From: Candidatus Saccharimonadales bacterium
GTDB lineage: Bacteria; Patescibacteriota; Saccharimonadia; Saccharimonadales; JANWIN01
DNA: 64,000 nucleotides
Assembly (NCBI GenBank): GCA_025449905.1
Contig: JANWIN010000012.1
Location: 109,318-173,317, forward strand
Direction of reading: 5' to 3'
Shown here: in pieces, positions 63,590 to 64,000 of the stretch
How the letters are laid out: each line of letters starts with the position of its first letter
Position numbering within the stretch: the stretch's first letter is position 1
Translations under genes and position numbers: made by a program
The notes under the pieces: generated by a model
Told to the model about the DNA's origin: nothing
What the model saw: the letters and a program-made list of their open reading frames with translations, nothing else
The model's database searches: none

Positions 63590-64000
63590 TTAACTTCTAC
63601 GACTTTTAACCATGTGATAGGCTGCTGGGCCAAAACTGAAGATTACAGCCAAACCTAAAACCGGCAGCAGGTATTTATCAATATTAGGCACCTTGTTGCC
63701 CAGCCAATAGCCTAGCAATGTGACACTAATAGCCCAGCCAATAGCGCCAACTATATTAAATATCGTAAAGCGAGTCTGATTCATTTTGGCTGCCCCGGCC
63801 ACTACCGGGGCAAAAGTTCGCACAAAAGGTGTAAAACGGGCCATTATTATAGTTTTGCCACCGTGCTTTTCATAAAATTTTTCGGCTCTTATTAGGTGTT
63901 CGTGCTTGAACCAGGCATCATCCTTTTTCTTGAATATTCTCGGTCCGGCCTTTTTACCAATCTGGTAGCCAATTTGGTCCCCAACAATAGCTGCCACAAT
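63590..64000 (-). CDS. DedA-family membrane protein (N-terminus beyond the window end)
   Basis: GDQIGYQIGKKAGPRIF, FYEKHGGKTIIMARFTPFVRTFAPVVAG and FNIVGAIGWA match the DedA/SNARE-associated domain. The ORF stays open to the window edge. Confidence 0.75.
   Translation of the reverse strand: MVAAIVGDQIGYQIGKKAGPRIFKKKDDAWFKHEHLIRAEKFYEKHGGKTIIMARFTPFVRTFAPVVAGAAKMNQTRFTIFNIVGAIGWAISVTLLGYWLGNKVPNIDKYLLPVLGLAVIFSFGPAAYHMVKSRRS

Noticed and set aside
1-64000. CRISPR arrays, transposases, integrases, prophage genes and rRNA operons
   Set aside because: None were found. The repeats present are 2-3 dispersed copies without regular repeat-spacer periodicity, and no cas, tnp or int-like ORFs occur in the track.

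Overview
This is a gene-dense 64-kb chromosomal window from a small-genome bacterium. Hand-sampled housekeeping stretches are about 45% G+C. Many genes overlap by 1-4 nt, and several use GTG or TTG starts.

Gene content:
- Folate: folC, folA, folD.
- Cell wall: an L,D-transpeptidase, murD overlapping a PP-loop protein that looks like the MurL epimerase partner, mltG, and LysM-CHAP and DUF348/G5 hydrolases.
- Glycolysis: a pyk-pgk-tpiA block.
- DNA repair: pcrA/uvrD, uvrA, sbcB, ruvX.
- Translation: metG, a short alaS, mnmA, rsmA, obgE.
- Signalling: two sensor kinases and an orphan receiver.
- Other: an LPXTG-anchored surface protein, a MacB-type ABC pair, trehalase, pyrF-pyrE, NUDIX and NrtR-like proteins, pyruvoyl arginine decarboxylase.

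RNA genes are tRNA-Lys(CTT), tRNA-Glu(TTC) and a 415-nt tmRNA (ssrA) that the ORF track cannot show. The LPXTG signal, patchy metabolism and many lineage-specific secreted proteins fit a Patescibacteria/CPR (Saccharibacteria-like) organism, but that is inference only.

Signals not explained by the genes:
1. A three-copy ~103-nt intergenic element with a covarying hairpin, always at a fixed distance upstream of a -10 box and a near-leaderless start codon.
2. A two-copy 42-nt nested palindrome at gene 3' ends.
3. A 173-bp unit bounded by a perfect 14-bp inverted repeat, abutting tRNA-Lys.
4. An unannotated two-gene small-ORF cassette with a palindrome over its -35.
5. Three tandem AT-rich paralogous membrane-anchored proteins.
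6. Three isolated perfect DnaA-box 9-mers, all intergenic.

No CRISPR array, transposase, integrase or rRNA was seen.
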